The notes: generated by a model not told the origin, from the sequence alone. A DNA stretch of 64,000 nucleotides from Chrysomallon squamiferum (GCA_012295275.1 CM022672.1:496001-560000), one strand, 5' to 3'. Positions 14,401 to 49,090 are shown, numbered from the stretch's first letter. A program made the numbers and translations.

Positions 14401-16533
14401 ATAAATTTTAATTAAATGTCATTGTGTAATACATGTGTCTGTTGCAAATGTTGAATGTTAGTAATAAAGTTGAAGAATTTTAAAATGAAAATAATCTGTA
14501 ATGAAATATTTTTTAAAACAGCTGTTTAGTCATGAACTAAAAAATGAAAATAAAATACATCTGTGATGTAATTTACATTGACACTTTATGCATGTAACAG
14601 AAAGTAAGAGTTAATATTGTACGTGTATGTACACAAACTACGTGTGTTTGAGCACGTACCTATGTTTGTTTTTGTGTGGGTGTTTTGCATACGAGTTTAT
14701 GAGTGTGTATGTGTGCATCTGTATGCATGCATGTTTTACTGCAAAGCATTTATCATTTATTTTATTCATTTGTTTCAACATATTTGGTATTACTGATAAA
14801 CAGTTCTTGTTTAATATCAGTTTTAACAGACACTTTATAAAATTTTGAAATCAACATGATTTACACATCTAGTTTTATTAATTAAAATCATTTAATGACT
14901 TCAGTGAAATATTTTGTATCAACTGCATATTTGATTATAATTTTTTGTTAACAGTTGTTTTTTCACTACAGAAACTGAAATATTCCATTATTTAAGTATA
15001 ATTAAAACCATCCCTATACATCTGTACAGACTTTGTAAATAATTGTTTGTAAACTTTGTTTTATTTTCTGTCCCACAAGAACTCACTGTTACTGCACCTA
15101 AGTATTAAATTGTTTGGTTAGATACAGCAGTTGTTTCCCTTGGATCATGGCTGTTTCAAATTTATAAGCATTAGTCACAAATCAGCAAACTGTAATTAAT
15201 TGTTGTAATATCTCATTCATGTTCAGATGTGGTTTGGTCATTGAATAATTATTAATCTATTATGTATATTCTTCAAGTTTTTTTTGGTGTTTTTTTTTTG
15301 TTCAAACCACATGAAAAAAACAAAAGATAAGAAAATCTTGTGATGAAATAACGAGTAGCCCATACATCCATCGCTTTTTCCTCTGATGTTGTCATTACTA
15401 AAATCCATGAAACAGACAATTTAAACCCGAGGAGATGTACTGATTTAAGTTACAACAAATCTGATTTCCTAATATAAAAAATATCTAATTAAATTTTTAG
15501 AATTCTTAAAATGACCAAACTGTTACTTGAAAACCAATATTGGTGTAATAAAATTATTGTACAAATTATCTCATTATATTAAAACATACAGTATGCGCTG
15601 TTCTGCATGTCATATATGTAATTTAAAGTATCAAACAGTATTTATAAAGTAAATGTAATTTTGACATAAGTTACAGACTTGATGAAGCATTGTTTATTAA
15701 TATTAACCGAGAAAAACAAAAACAAAAAATGGCCAGGTGTGTGCAACAGTTGTAGTAATGACTTGTTTAAATCCTCAGTTTTACATGATGTTTATATTAT
15801 TACAACTAATTAATTAGAAAGAAATCAATTAGTTGATGTATTCTGAAATAAACAGATTATTAATAATCTTCAAAAAATCACTTTAAAATAATTCTTTCAG
15901 AAAATGTTTAACCATATGTTACTTCATTATGTTCTGACAATTTTACAGTTTTAATACTGGATATGTGATAGTGATGTTAAGTTATTTAATGTTATTCCTA
16001 GTAATTATGTATGTGGGTTAGAATGAATGACATATTTAAACATTGAATGTGTAATGATGTAAATAAGCTGTGTAAAAATAGAGTTAACTGAATTCCCAGC
16101 CATTTGTTAAACTTTGACGTAATTTGATATTTTTACACCCATAGCTGCACGGGTTAAAACAGATCAATTCCAGTTTATAAACTACCCTAAACTAAACCGC
16201 TCCCGTACTGCCAAAATACTTGCCTCCGTGTTTGAGTGCAGGGCCGGCTTCCAGAGGGATAACTAGTAAAGGAAATATCCCACTAAAGCCGACGAGGACC
16301 GCTCCAAAGAGAGAGTATGTCCAGGCGTTCAACATCGAGTTTGGAACGTCTTCAAACGGCATACTCTGTGAATTTGGGTCGGGTTCCATGTCTGAGAACG
16401 AACGCCTGCCTTTGCCTCCCACTCCAGTCCTGTGCGCCGCGGCCTTTGCTCGATGTATTTCTGCATCACAGTCAGATATACACATCACACAGATTACAGC
16501 AAATACACACAACAGATGCTGATAACACCCCAT
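3390..16533 (-). CDS. SLC39A13: Zinc transporter ZIP13-like (SLC39A, LIV-1 subfamily), 9 coding exons, 404 aa
   Basis: Exons 16533-16224, 7733-7629, 7060-6969, 6549-6289, 5821-5732, 5340-5227, 4422-4353, 4008-3909 and 3462-3390 join in frame (1215 nt). Motifs: [89 protein letters not shown] and the overall layout match ZIP13/ZIP7-type proteins, most like ZIP13 from recall. Confidence 0.93.
3909..4008 (-). CDS. SLC39A13: ZIP13 exon 8
   Basis: ttttcag|GG...GCA TG|gtgtgt; encodes [34 protein letters not shown]. Confidence 0.92.
4353..4422 (-). CDS. SLC39A13: ZIP13 exon 7
   Basis: atttcag|TTG...GCA G|gtttct; encodes [23 protein letters not shown]. Confidence 0.88.
4515..4652 (+). repeat. Inverted repeat arm A (pairs with 5899-6037)
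   Basis: About 138 bp, roughly 90% identical by eye to the reverse complement of 5899-6037. Confidence 0.9.
4803..5232. repeat. 40/44-bp minisatellite, ~10 copies, containing the ZIP13 exon 6 donor
   Basis: Unit ACAACTCA(CC/GG)TGTGTAAAGGTGAGATGATGTATTTTATTG. Confidence 0.93.
5227..5340 (-). CDS. SLC39A13: ZIP13 exon 6 (TM5, HEXPHE motif)
   Basis: attgcag|GTT...CAG|gtgagt; encodes [38 protein letters not shown]. Confidence 0.94.
5732..5821 (-). CDS. SLC39A13: ZIP13 exon 5 (TM4)
   Basis: tttccag|GTC...AAG|gtatct; encodes [30 protein letters not shown]. Confidence 0.93.
5899..6037 (-). repeat. Inverted repeat arm B (pairs with 4515-4652)
   Basis: Reverse complement reads ttacaactattgtaatatacatcagtttat...cttgttttcttgagatgacattaaaaacagat, matching arm A. 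Confidence 0.9.
6289..6549 (-). CDS. SLC39A13: ZIP13 exon 4 (cytosolic loop with His-rich HSKHKHKHK)
   Basis: ttttcag|TTT...AAA|gtaagc; 261 nt, phase 0-0, ends SEHIK just before TM4. Confidence 0.82.
6969..7060 (-). CDS. SLC39A13: ZIP13 exon 3
   Basis: cacatag|GT...AGA|gtaagt; encodes [31 protein letters not shown] (TM3). Confidence 0.9.
7629..7733 (-). CDS. SLC39A13: ZIP13 exon 2
   Basis: tttctag|CG...AAA G|gtttgt; encodes [35 protein letters not shown]. Confidence 0.92.
7740..8005. repeat. (AAAT)n/(AAAC)n microsatellite tract
   Basis: Mixed tetranucleotide run upstream of the ZIP13 exon 2 acceptor. Confidence 0.85.
9020..9076 (+). CDS. Candidate alternative first coding exon of the F-box/LRR gene, antisense within ZIP13 intron 1
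   Basis: acaaaATGG start, 19 codons [19 protein letters not shown], donor TCG|GTAAGC in phase 0, compatible with acceptor 21774. Local CpG patch. Confidence 0.45.
12175..12183 (+). other. Candidate ATG-terminated first exon end (ATG|GTAAGT) for the F-box/LRR gene
   Basis: Consensus donor directly after an ATG, with an in-frame TAA upstream at 12151. Splicing to 21774 would give MAVTIEKIPD... Confidence 0.35.
16224..16533 (-). CDS. SLC39A13: ZIP13 exon 1 (signal peptide, ectodomain, TM1)
   Basis: ATG at 16533 ([18 protein letters not shown]...[34 protein letters not shown]). Donor GAG|GCAAGT, phase 1. Confidence 0.9.
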
Positions 16534-16929
16534 ACCCACAGGTGACAAGACCCGATGATACGTTCACACTCTTCGATACTCCATCAACTTATGTGTAACA
16601 ACACAACATTCCCAATGACCTTTGACCTTGCTCAAGCAGAGCCATCTATTTTCCGTTTGTAGCTTAGAGGAAATTTGGTTCCAGTTAACTCGCATGGGTT
16701 TTCTTTCCGTTAATTTAATTCTGTTTTTGGAATTTAATATTTTTAGTGCATTTATTTATTATTAAGATAATCTGTCCTTTTTAAACGAGTTATTCAACAA
16801 AGAAGAAACTATTCTTAATCAGCACTCAGTACAATCAAGGAACTGTAAAAACCGGGTTATTTAAACTTGTTTAGCCGTTTATTTTCACTTAATATTTTTC
16901 CCTCCTAAATTAGCAGTTTTTCTTGGTAC

Positions 16930-16968
<39 letters not shown>

Positions 16969-17604
16969 TGTTGTTCTTGTTGTTAGGCATGTTATTATTA
17001 TTTGCAAATGTTCGCATTTTGATTTGGTGCTCATTTTTGAAACGTAATTCACATTCATCTATTGATCTGTTTAATAATCTCTCTCTCATGTTGTAACCCC
17101 TGTTTTACTGATTGATTGGATACATGAAAACATTACTTAGACATAGCCTCTCCCTGTGTGAGACACAACCAAAGTGTAATTCTATTATTATAAATTAAAA
17201 TAACAAAAGATGTCAGAGTTGGGATGAATCCACGGTTTCTTTATTTTGTGAAGAATTCAGAAAATTGATTCGTATCGTATATATAATTAACCTACTAAAT
17301 ATACTATTACGAGCTATGAGTACTTCAAATACAAAATCAATTGTCTGATCTCAGTTAGTTTAGTTCTATTGCGAAACTCTGCATACGTGTACTATAGATC
17401 GAACAGGCGAGGCGGCATGGTTCCCCAGCCAAAGCCGCTCAGACGATATTAAAAGAAGCGCGAGATGGAAAGCCAAACGGCGGCAGCCGCTTCTCCTGAA
17501 GACTTAACCATATGGGTTGCAGAAAGTCGATGGAATCTGTTAGTGTTTGACGTCGAGGCGCCCAGGGCCCTTGGAGGGGAGGGACGGTCGGGAGGTTATA
17601 AAAA
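16534..17604. promoter_or_regulatory. Head-to-head (putative bidirectional) promoter region of ZIP13 and the F-box gene
   Basis: Start codons diverge about 1.07 kb apart. CpG is retained here relative to the gene bodies. TATA-like TATTAAAAG at ~17447. Confidence 0.6.
16616..16628 (-). promoter_or_regulatory. Perfect DR1 nuclear-receptor element (AGGTCA-A-AGGTCA)
   Basis: Plus strand reads TGACCTTTGACCT, 83 bp upstream of the ZIP13 ATG. Confidence 0.45.
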
Positions 17605-39133
<21,529 letters not shown>

Positions 39134-42100
39134 GTTTAAATATTTAACATCTCTAGTCAGTCTACTCCACTGTTACAATGATCTACTCTTTAACTGAGTT
39201 TAAATATTTAACATCTCTAGTCAGTCTACTCCACTGTTACAATGATCTACTCTTTAACTGAGTTTAAATATTTAACTATCAGACATTTCTAGTCAGTCTA
39301 CTCCAATGATCTACTCTTTAACTGAGTTTAAGTATTTAACTATCAGACATCTCTAGTCAGTCTACTCCACTGTTACAATGATCTGCTCTCTGAGTTTAAA
39401 TATTGTTTTAGAACTGATATCTGAAGTGTGTCGCCAGTTTTCTGTACTCATTGTAAAACTTACAAGATCTGTTTGAGTAATAAGACATATTTCTTTTAAA
39501 ACAAATGTGTTAAGTGATTCTAGAATTTCCAGTAAAAATACCAAAGTTAGAACAACCCTTTATTTGACTAACAGATTTTCATTTTAAAACTCAGTTTTCT
39601 GCATGGAACAAGATTCTCTTTTGTCATGTTACTGTGTTAGTATTTAATAAACTGTCACACTTATGTGTCAGACAGATATTCTTATCAAAAAATGAAAAAT
39701 CTAAAAATCACCAGTTTTCTATATTTTTAGAACAGCCTCTTGACGGCAGACATAAAAACTAGGCTACCCTCTGATGTAGACACCATTAAAAATGTTATTG
39801 ATCTGTTTTTAAATAGATTTTAAAGTGTGCCATCACAAAAACTGTCAATGCTGTCTTATAACAACTGTTACTGATTTAAATTGTAAAACATATATTCAGT
39901 GTGTGTTATCATTGAAACTGATGCAAAAAAAACAAAACAACAAACCTCTAGCAATTCTGTGTTCAATGTCTTTTCTGTGTTAAAAAATAGATATTAAAAA
40001 CTAGCATGTCATCTCATGTTTGTATTGATAAAACTAGAACTGATTTAGTTTGGTGTTGTTAAATATTATAGTGATTTCTCACAACTGACATCTTATAAAG
40101 TCTTACATATAAAACATGAAAAATGTTATCACTTTTCTCTGTTAAAATTTACTGTTATAAAACAATAAAGTGCAGTATTGTTTAGACTATTGTATTAAAC
40201 ACTTTTACATTACAGTCATACATCTAAATGTGTATATATATATATATATATATGTGAGTATTTTATTTATATATATATATATATATATAATCCTTGGTTA
40301 TAATTTATAAAGCATGAAAAACAATGCTATTTGGTATATTAATAACAAATCAGTTACTATTTCCATAATGAATCTTGTTTTTAAGCAGTAAATCTGGCAT
40401 GGTCAAAGGGAAATAACTGTGTGCATCATAATTACATTTGTGTTTACATATCTAGCCAACAGATCTGGGGTTTGGGGTGGGGGTTGTCTCCTCCATGTGT
40501 AATGTTTAAGTCGCTTTCTCCAAACATACTTAATACATTTAGCTTCATCAGAAAACATTTGTAATTGCCTCTCTCAGTCCTTGACTTTATCAAATATGTG
40601 TCTCAGTGTTTCTTCACCTTCTTATTAACTATAATTATTATTATAATGTTACATCATCATCAAAACCTTGTGACTGTAAATGGCATTTTAAAATGTATTA
40701 CGAGACCATTTATCACTGTGAAAGCATGATGTGTGAGATTTCAAACTGTGTGACTCACAGTTAAATAACAATGCCAAACGTGTGAGATTATTAATAAATA
40801 AAACTCAAAATTAGACAAGTTGCCAAAATTACTGTTTGAGTTGTGAACTGTTTTATATGATAAACATGTAAATTTTACAATCTATGTATGTGATAATCAT
40901 TTTATAAACCGTAGTTTTACGATGTGAATTGTGAAATCAGAGAAAGCCAAAATTAAAGAACCAGGACATAGACTGGTTTGGACAAATCAAGAAACTGATG
41001 TGTTAACTGCACAGTAACAAACTCTTTTCTTTCCATTTACCTCAGTGACACAGTTCCTACTCTCGTCCACAGGTTCTCTTTTAACTTTATCAAGTTTTCT
41101 ACTGACCCAAGATGATGTAAACTACATACTGTGAAAATATCAGTTCTTGTTTTCCACTGATTTATGATAGAATGAATATAATTAATTGTTGTTCTTCCAT
41201 AAACCTGTCAAAAAAAAAAGAAAAAAAAAAAAAAGAATAATAATAATAATAAATAATTATATAAATAAATAAATAAATAAATAATAAAATTTTTAAAAAT
41301 TCAAATATAAAGTAGGAAAGAAATTTTGACTTTTTTGGATGTCAAATAAAACTAATTTTGTCAAAATGTTTGTGTATACTCTGCAACATAATTAGTGAGT
41401 TATCTAAATACAACATTAAAGTGAAGTAGTAATACAAATGTATTGTGACAGTAGAAATGTGAAAATATTAATATACTAGGAGTTAACTCGTGTTATTATG
41501 CACTACCCTGTCATTGCTGTATTTAGTCATATGCAATATAAATATGTTTATATCATGTTTTTATTTTTATTTATTTATTTTCTTTTCATTTGTTTTGTAT
41601 TTTAAATTTGATACTACATAAAGATTTGTTGAAAATATAATTTATTTATTATTATTTTTGTTATTAATCAACTACTGTTATTATTATTAATATAGTATTC
41701 TTTATATTATTTATTTATTTATTATTATTATTTTTTATTATTGTAAATTCATTTATGTGAATATTAACTAAAACGTGACTTGTAGTGTAGATAAAAACAC
41801 TTTACAGTGTTTGAGTAAGCAGTTTAAAAACTCTGTTAAATATGACAGTGGTGTGCTGTAATACAGTCAGTTGTAGTTTTTCTAAAGAGCAGTGTTTGAG
41901 ACTTTATTGTGTTGTCAGTAGTTGTAAAGATGTGTAGAATTATTTCTAAATAACAAGAAATGAGTTGAGATGTCACATTTAAAAACCAATGTCTAGGATT
42001 GTTTTTTTTTGTTGAAGTAACATTTTGTTACTTGCAGTTTGTTGAAACATGCAGCTTATGGAGTAAAATCACTACACTTTGTCATACTGTGTATATTTAA

Positions 42101-43079
42101 ATATGTATGCTTCAAATGTTTGTAACAAAAAATAATCAGAACCGGATTGTCATTTGATAAAACAAGTTATAATTAATTTATGTCACTTTTTTTACAGATT
42201 ATGAAATTAATTTTTTTCTTTTTTATTTATTCATTTTGTTACAAGATACAAGGGTGTCATTATCTGACATTTAAACTGAATTACATTAATGCAGAATACA
42301 TTTAGTAACATATAATTTTTAAAAATTTATAACATATAATTTTTAAAAATTTATGTACATACTGAAAGAAAATTTACATATCATAAACGTCTATTAAAAA
42401 AAAAAAAAAAAATGTTATATTCAGTTTTAAATGCAGCCAAAATGTGTCTGGACACATTAAGGACTATAACAGTTATTCAAAAACATAACACACAACTGTC
42501 TTGTTTTAAATCTAGACTGAAAACAGAACATAGTATTTTATGTATACAGTAAAACGTTATACTTGATAACATGACAGTATGTTGGTTGAGGTGTTCCCCA
42601 TGTAATCACATGGCTTTGTTTTAAAATCGAGTGAAAACCTGTACAGTGTGTAAATATTTCTTGTTGTGCAAACAGGACTTTGCTCCAGTTGTGATATAAA
42701 TTATGAAATCAGTAACACCGTGTTTTGTTTTCTTTTTTGACAGTCATCATAAAGTTTACATCATTATTATAGGCCTGTTATTTATTTATTTATTTATTTA
42801 TAATCTGTATTAAGTGAATAAAAACTCTATTTTCTTTATATCACTGTTATATTAATGGTTTTTTTTTTTATCTAAAACAAAATTGCTGTATGTAACTTTC
42901 TTCAGGTCTAAGTTAATAGAACAGACCTTCTTTGCATTCACTTTGTGTCGTCAGTGATTCTTGTTAAAGGTTACTTGTTCCAGTTTCACGAATATAAGTT
43001 TCCTCAATTACAGTTAAAATTATAACCTTAACAATAAAATTATCTGAACGTTTCGTTACTAAATTTTCAAATAGTAAAT

Positions 43080-43195
43080 ACTTTTAGAACTCTGATAATT
43101 AGTTTTTAGAACTTTTGTGATTATGTTTCAAAACTCTGATAATTAGTTTTTAAAACCCTGATAATTAATTTTTATAACTCTGGTAATTAGGTTTT
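43080..43195. repeat. ~24-bp degenerate tandem repeat
   Basis: AACTCTGATAATTAGTTTTT, about 5 copies. Confidence 0.7.
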
Positions 43196-43332
43196 GTTTG
43201 TTTACTAATCAGTTTTATCAATACTGTTTTATAAATGCCCGGTAAAACGTTCAGCTAACCAACAGTTGTCGTCCTTTTAACAATCCTTCAAACGTGTAAC
43301 AGTTGGTATTGTTATTTTTATTATTATTATTA

Positions 43333-43598
43333 CAAACTTAAAATCTCTTATCCAAAATGCTTGGACCGGAAGTGTTTCGGACTTTGGTAAAATGAGGATA
43401 TCGCCTGAGAACAGGATGTAATTCTAAACACGAATTCTATCTAAGCAGAACTTGCATAAACAGTTAAAACATTATATATACATATATAGCATTTTGTGAT
43501 AAAATAAAAACAGTCCGAAAACTAAGATATCACTATTTCTGCTGTAGGATTTCGGAGCGTTTTGGATATCTGAATTTTGTATAAGTGATCCTCAACCG
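43333..43598. mobile_element. Non-autonomous pogo/Tigger-family DNA transposon (Tigger4/MER46-like MITE)
   Basis: Flanked by TA on both sides. Left end ...CTTATCCAAAATGCTTGGACCGGAAGTGTTTCGGA, right end GGATTTCGGAGCGTTTTGGATATCTGAATTTTGTATAAGTGATCCTCAACCG, and internal CTAAACACGAATT all resemble the MER46/Tigger4 consensus as recalled. TIRs are degenerate. Confidence 0.65.
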
Positions 43599-43636
43599 TA
43601 TTGTTACTGGGTTGGTGTTTTGATGCAGTATCATCA

Positions 43637-43682
<46 letters not shown>

Positions 43683-43800
43683 GGATTTTTATATTATAAA
43701 TTTTCACCAGTTTTTGCAGGTTATTTTTAGTCTCGGACAGTCTAACTGGTATTCAGTTTTATCAGTCCGTTCTGACCGGTCAGTAATCAGTTTTATACTC

Positions 43801-44440
43801 GCTGTTTTACCACCTGTATCACTGTTACACTGTTTTACCACCTGTATCACTATTGTTATACTGTTTTACCACCTGTATCACTATTGTTAGACTGTTTTAC
43901 CACCTGTATCACTGTTGTTACACTGTTTTACCACCTGTATCACTGTTTTACCTGTTTTTACCACTGTTATTTATACTGTTTTTACCTGTTTTACCACTGT
44001 TTTATCACTGTTTTTACACTGTTTTACCACCTGTATCACTATTGTTATACTGTTTTACCACCTGTATCACTGTTGTTACACTGTTTTACCACCTGTGTCA
44101 CTGTTGTTACACTGTTTTACCACGTGTATCACTGTTGTTATACTGTTTTACCACCTGTATCACTATTGTTACACTGTTTTACCACGTGTATCACTGTTGT
44201 TACACTGTTGTTACACTGTTTTACCACCTGTATCACTATTGTTACACTGTTTTACCACGTGTATCACTGTTGTTATACTGTTTTACCACGTGTATCACTG
44301 TTGTTACACTGTTTTACCACGTGTATCACTGTTGTTACACTGTTTTACCACCTGTATCACTGTTGTTATACTGTTTTACCACCTGTATCACTGTTGTTAT
44401 ACTGTTTTACCACCTATATCACTATTGTTATACTGTTTAT
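43801..44440. repeat. 31-bp minisatellite, ~20 copies
   Basis: Unit CTGTTTTACCACCTGTATCACTGTTGTTACA. Confidence 0.95.
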
Positions 44441-46769
44441 ATCATTTTATAAATACTTCATCAGTTTGTATTTTATGATCTTCAGTTATATAATCTTGCA
44501 ACCTTGGTACTATTACTACTGCTACTACTACTACTACTACTACTATTACTACAACTACCACCACCACTACTACTACTATTACTACAACTACCACCACCAC
44601 TACTACTACTACTAAAAACAGTAATAATGATATATTATTATTGTTTTTTTTTTTTATATTATTTTATTTTATTTTATTTTAGAGAAAGGAAAGGAAAAAT
44701 AAAAACATTAATAACAAACAAGAACAAAAATTCTTTCTCTTTCATAAATATGATATTACGACTTAAGATTTCACACTCACTCAAGTAACTGTAATAAAAA
44801 ATAAAAATTTTGATTATATTTTTCCTTAATGACCGATGCTGTATGTATTACAATTTTAAGGTATGTCATGTCATGTTGAACATAAAATGGAATCCAGCCC
44901 GTCAGATTCACAAGACAGGACCTGGGATGTACAGCTGCTTTACCCCAGATTTCAGCACAACAAATCAATACGACGTTGTGATGCTTGAACAAACTATTTT
45001 CACTCTTCCTTATGCTGCTGGCTGTCGCTGTGGGCGATTATTTAATAATTGTTGTTGTTGATTGTTTATGGCAAATCGATAGACGCCGCTCGTCAAACAA
45101 CCAGACACGTTTCAGTTCAGTCAGCAATTTTCTACTTCACCTCGCTCCCTCGTCTTTGCCGTCGTAGTTGACGTTTTGCCGATAATCAATTTTTCAAACT
45201 GATGAATGAATCCATACTAACAACTTGACTTCAGACATCGGCCCCTACGTAGTTTCTAAATCTAGCTGTCACATCGTGCTCAGGGAGGTACTTATGTGGG
45301 TGGCAGTAGATTTCATCATATAACCTCCAGACATATATCTAAACTGTGCACGTGATTTTGATTTCGTTGCAGTGTAGACTACAATCAAATCTTTTAGTTT
45401 GTGTTTGTTTGAGAAATAGCCATCGATGCTAAAACTTCGACAAATTCTTTCATATTGTGAGAACGTAAACTTTATCATAGAATATTCATAACTACGTCTC
45501 AAATGTTCTATCGTAACTGACATTTATTTATTTTATTTTATTTTATTTTTTGGCTTTAATTTTTTTCGTTGTATGTGTCTGTGTATGTATGTGTGCATAA
45601 GTGTGTTTTATGTTTTTGTGTGTTTGCGTGTGTGTGTGTGTGTGTTTTCTAAAGACTTATTTTCACCACTTTCCTAATCTATATCCTATTAACAACTAAT
45701 TAACGCATTTGTTTAGAGTCCACTAAATCAGTCGTTGTTTTGCTTGTCATCACTGGCAGACAGACAAGTAGCTGACGACTGGCTAACAAGTCTCTGTTTT
45801 CACAAGCAGTTGAAGCATGTCTTTGACACAAACTGTAGCAAGTCGTTTGTCACGTCAATAACAGAAAGTTAATACACACAGGCTGCCATTTACATAGTTA
45901 CGATTTTAAGCTCTGCACGACAACACAACCACTTCCCCTACACATCTGATGAAATGATTGTACACGCTGATTATCCCAAGTTTGAAAATCGATATTTTGA
46001 AGAGTATGAATGGATTCTTTATCACACCACTTGGATTGCTGGCCAATTTGGTCTTTTAATACTACTGCTTCTGTTCTTTAATAGATTTTTTCTTTCTGTA
46101 CAAATATAGCTGATCGATATATGTTATAGCTGGAAGGGCTGATGTTAGAAACATAGAAATCTAATGGAGAAATCGTGTATTCACGAGATGACTGCACGTG
46201 ACAAATCAGTCAGTGATTGCCATTAATCAGTGGTCAAAATGAAATAAAAATGCCCTAACTGTTTATGTAATATTTGAAGACATATAACAGTTTGTGGACC
46301 TCAGACTGCGTTCACGAAATCCTGATAAAATTTACCCAGTAACGTACCATAATAAACTATACCAATCTATATGCACTTACATACACAGGAATGGTCCATA
46401 AATCTTATTTAGATCATTTCCAATAAAAATGATTTTTTTTTTTTTTTTATCGCCGCAATTTTTGCAGTCTCGTTTGCAAATCGTTCTTGTACACGGAATG
46501 TCATACGTAGCTGTTTTATTGTATTTTTGAATGCATATCTATATACGTGTTTATATCATGTATATGTCTCTCTCTGTGTGTGTTTGTGTGTGATTTATAT
46601 TTAACCATTACCAACCATCCAGAACCACAAGGTCAAAATAATATATATATATATATATATATATATTTTTCTGATTTAAGAATGTAATAATTTGATGTGC
46701 CCTCTTAATATGACGGAGGGTTTACTTAATTACAAACATCAACTGGTGACAAACGGCTGTGATTAGTGA

Positions 46770-46905
46770 CAGTAGTCGAGAATAGAAATCTACTTCTTTT
46801 TGTCCACGTTGAGTCTCATCATTTAGCAGCAAGTAATGTTTTTATATGCACTTTCCCAGAGGCAGGAAAAAAAAGTAATCCACGACGTTTAATGTACTGT
46901 CGTTT
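46770..46905. mobile_element. Degenerate SINE-like interspersed repeat relic
   Basis: TTAGCAGCAAG...TTTTATATGCACTTTCCCAGAGGCAGG...CCACGACGTTT resembles, from memory only, an abundant gastropod SINE-like family. Weaker relics may lie at ~11560-11830, ~18345-18425, ~29520-29590 and ~57795-57860. Confidence 0.35.
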
Positions 46906-47212
46906 CTGGAAATATATATTTTAAATAAACAAAAATTCATTATTATTCGTAAAAACTTTTGGAATTTATCATTCTGGCTTTAACATTATTTTATTATAAA
47001 TATTTCGTGAAAAAATTCATTATCTTTTTAACACCAAAAAAAAAAAAAATTATAAATAAAACTTCGAATTGACGTCATTTCGTCAGAGAGGAAAGAGAAT
47101 GTCACTCCAACGTTTAACAACTGAAGTATTTTATTATCATACATTATCACTTATCTCTAGTCTCAAAATAAAACAACTATGAGAGAGACGTGACACCTTG
47201 CTGTTACACCTT

Positions 47213-47236
47213 TCTACTATACTGTACTACTATTAT

Positions 47237-47274
<38 letters not shown>

Positions 47275-47333
47275 TACTACCACTACTGTTACTACTACTC
47301 TACTACTACTCTACTACTACTGTTACTATTGCT

Positions 47334-47372
<39 letters not shown>

Positions 47373-47394
47373 TACTACTACTGTTACTACTGCT

Positions 47395-47427
<33 letters not shown>

Positions 47428-47449
47428 TACTACTACTGTTACTACTACT

Positions 47450-47482
<33 letters not shown>

Positions 47483-47502
47483 ATAATAATAATAATAATA
47501 AT
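47213..47502. repeat. (TAC)n-based compound microsatellite followed by (AAT)n
   Basis: Long CTA/TAC runs with a periodic CTCTAC..TGTTAC interruption. Confidence 0.9.
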
Positions 47503-47876
47503 GACTATAATATCCAGTTTTATTAAATAGCACATTACTGTCACGGTAGTTTTATGTTCATTTGATACTGAGAAACCCAATACAGTCCTGTCTTGTTTCT
47601 TGACCAGTGTCCAAATCCGATCCTCGCGCGCTGTTGTGGATTTGTTATTAATGACCAACAGTTAATTACCGCATTAGTATGACGTCACTTCAGTGATTAC
47701 ACTGTATTACGTAATATACTTATGCAGTAATAAACACACGAGTTAAATGAGACAGCTATAGTTTTAGGGTAATATATAGTTAGACTGGATTAAATTATAT
47801 AACTTCGTTATAATAGTGGATACGTTTATCATTATTTAATATAATATAGCTTGATTATTATTATTATTATTAATAC

Positions 47877-47925
<49 letters not shown>

Positions 47926-48051
47926 GCTGTTGTTGCTGTTATTATAGTTGTCTTTGATTTCGTTATTGCTGTTATTGTATCAGTATATTTAACTGGTCTT
48001 ACCTTTAACACTGAAGTTCATTTATCAGTATACTGCGTTTTAATTAGTGTG

Positions 48052-48150
<99 letters not shown>

Positions 48151-48746
48151 ATATCATATACTTCAAAATGGTTTCTGATATATTATTTAATTTATATATC
48201 TGAAATAACAAGCTGACAAATTACTTATTTATTATTTATTTCAAAATATTGTCTCACAATACAAAGTTTTATTAGACATTTTAATACAGTCACCAATTTG
48301 CCTTGTCTAAATGTTTAAAACACATAAATCTTGTCTAAACAAAAATATATGTCTACAGAGGATAACAATAACGTTCAATATTTAGAATAAAATGTTAACA
48401 TGTAGGCGTGTGTGTATTTAGGAATGACTATTCTGTTGCGTGATTAGACTGCACATAAACAATATTCGGGAACGCACAGGAGCACAAAGTCCAGTCACGA
48501 CCTCACAAAAGTTTGACGTCACTGACATCCACGCACTCCGAAGGCGAACGACGACACCACTTAGCCACGTAGACAAGCATCGCTTCCCGTGGAGCACGCC
48601 GTTCTTTGTCTTTATTTTGGTAGGAACCTGCCATTGGCAGGTGTGTGTTTAGAAATGAATATTCTGTAGAATGCTTGCACGTATGTATGTATGTATGTAT
48701 GTATGCATGTATGTAAGTCTGTCTGGTTATATATGAATGTGACTTA

Positions 48747-49090
<344 letters not shown>

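Noticed and set aside
16234-16240. Metal-response element core TGCACTC on the minus strand in ZIP13
   Set aside because: A single 7-mer inside coding sequence, expected by chance.
16534-16548. ORF-track start of ZIP13 at 16548
   Set aside because: That codon is TTG. The first ATG is at 16533 and gives a normal signal-peptide N-terminus.
16220-16598. Plus-strand ORFs over ZIP13 exon 1, and similar shadow ORFs at 21844-22261, 37784-38071 and 49962-51424
   Set aside because: Antisense or alternate-frame shadows of real GC-richer exons, with no independent motifs.
43853-44788. 187-243-aa ORFs in all three plus frames
   Set aside because: Products of a stop-poor 31-bp tandem repeat and (TAC)n; not coding.
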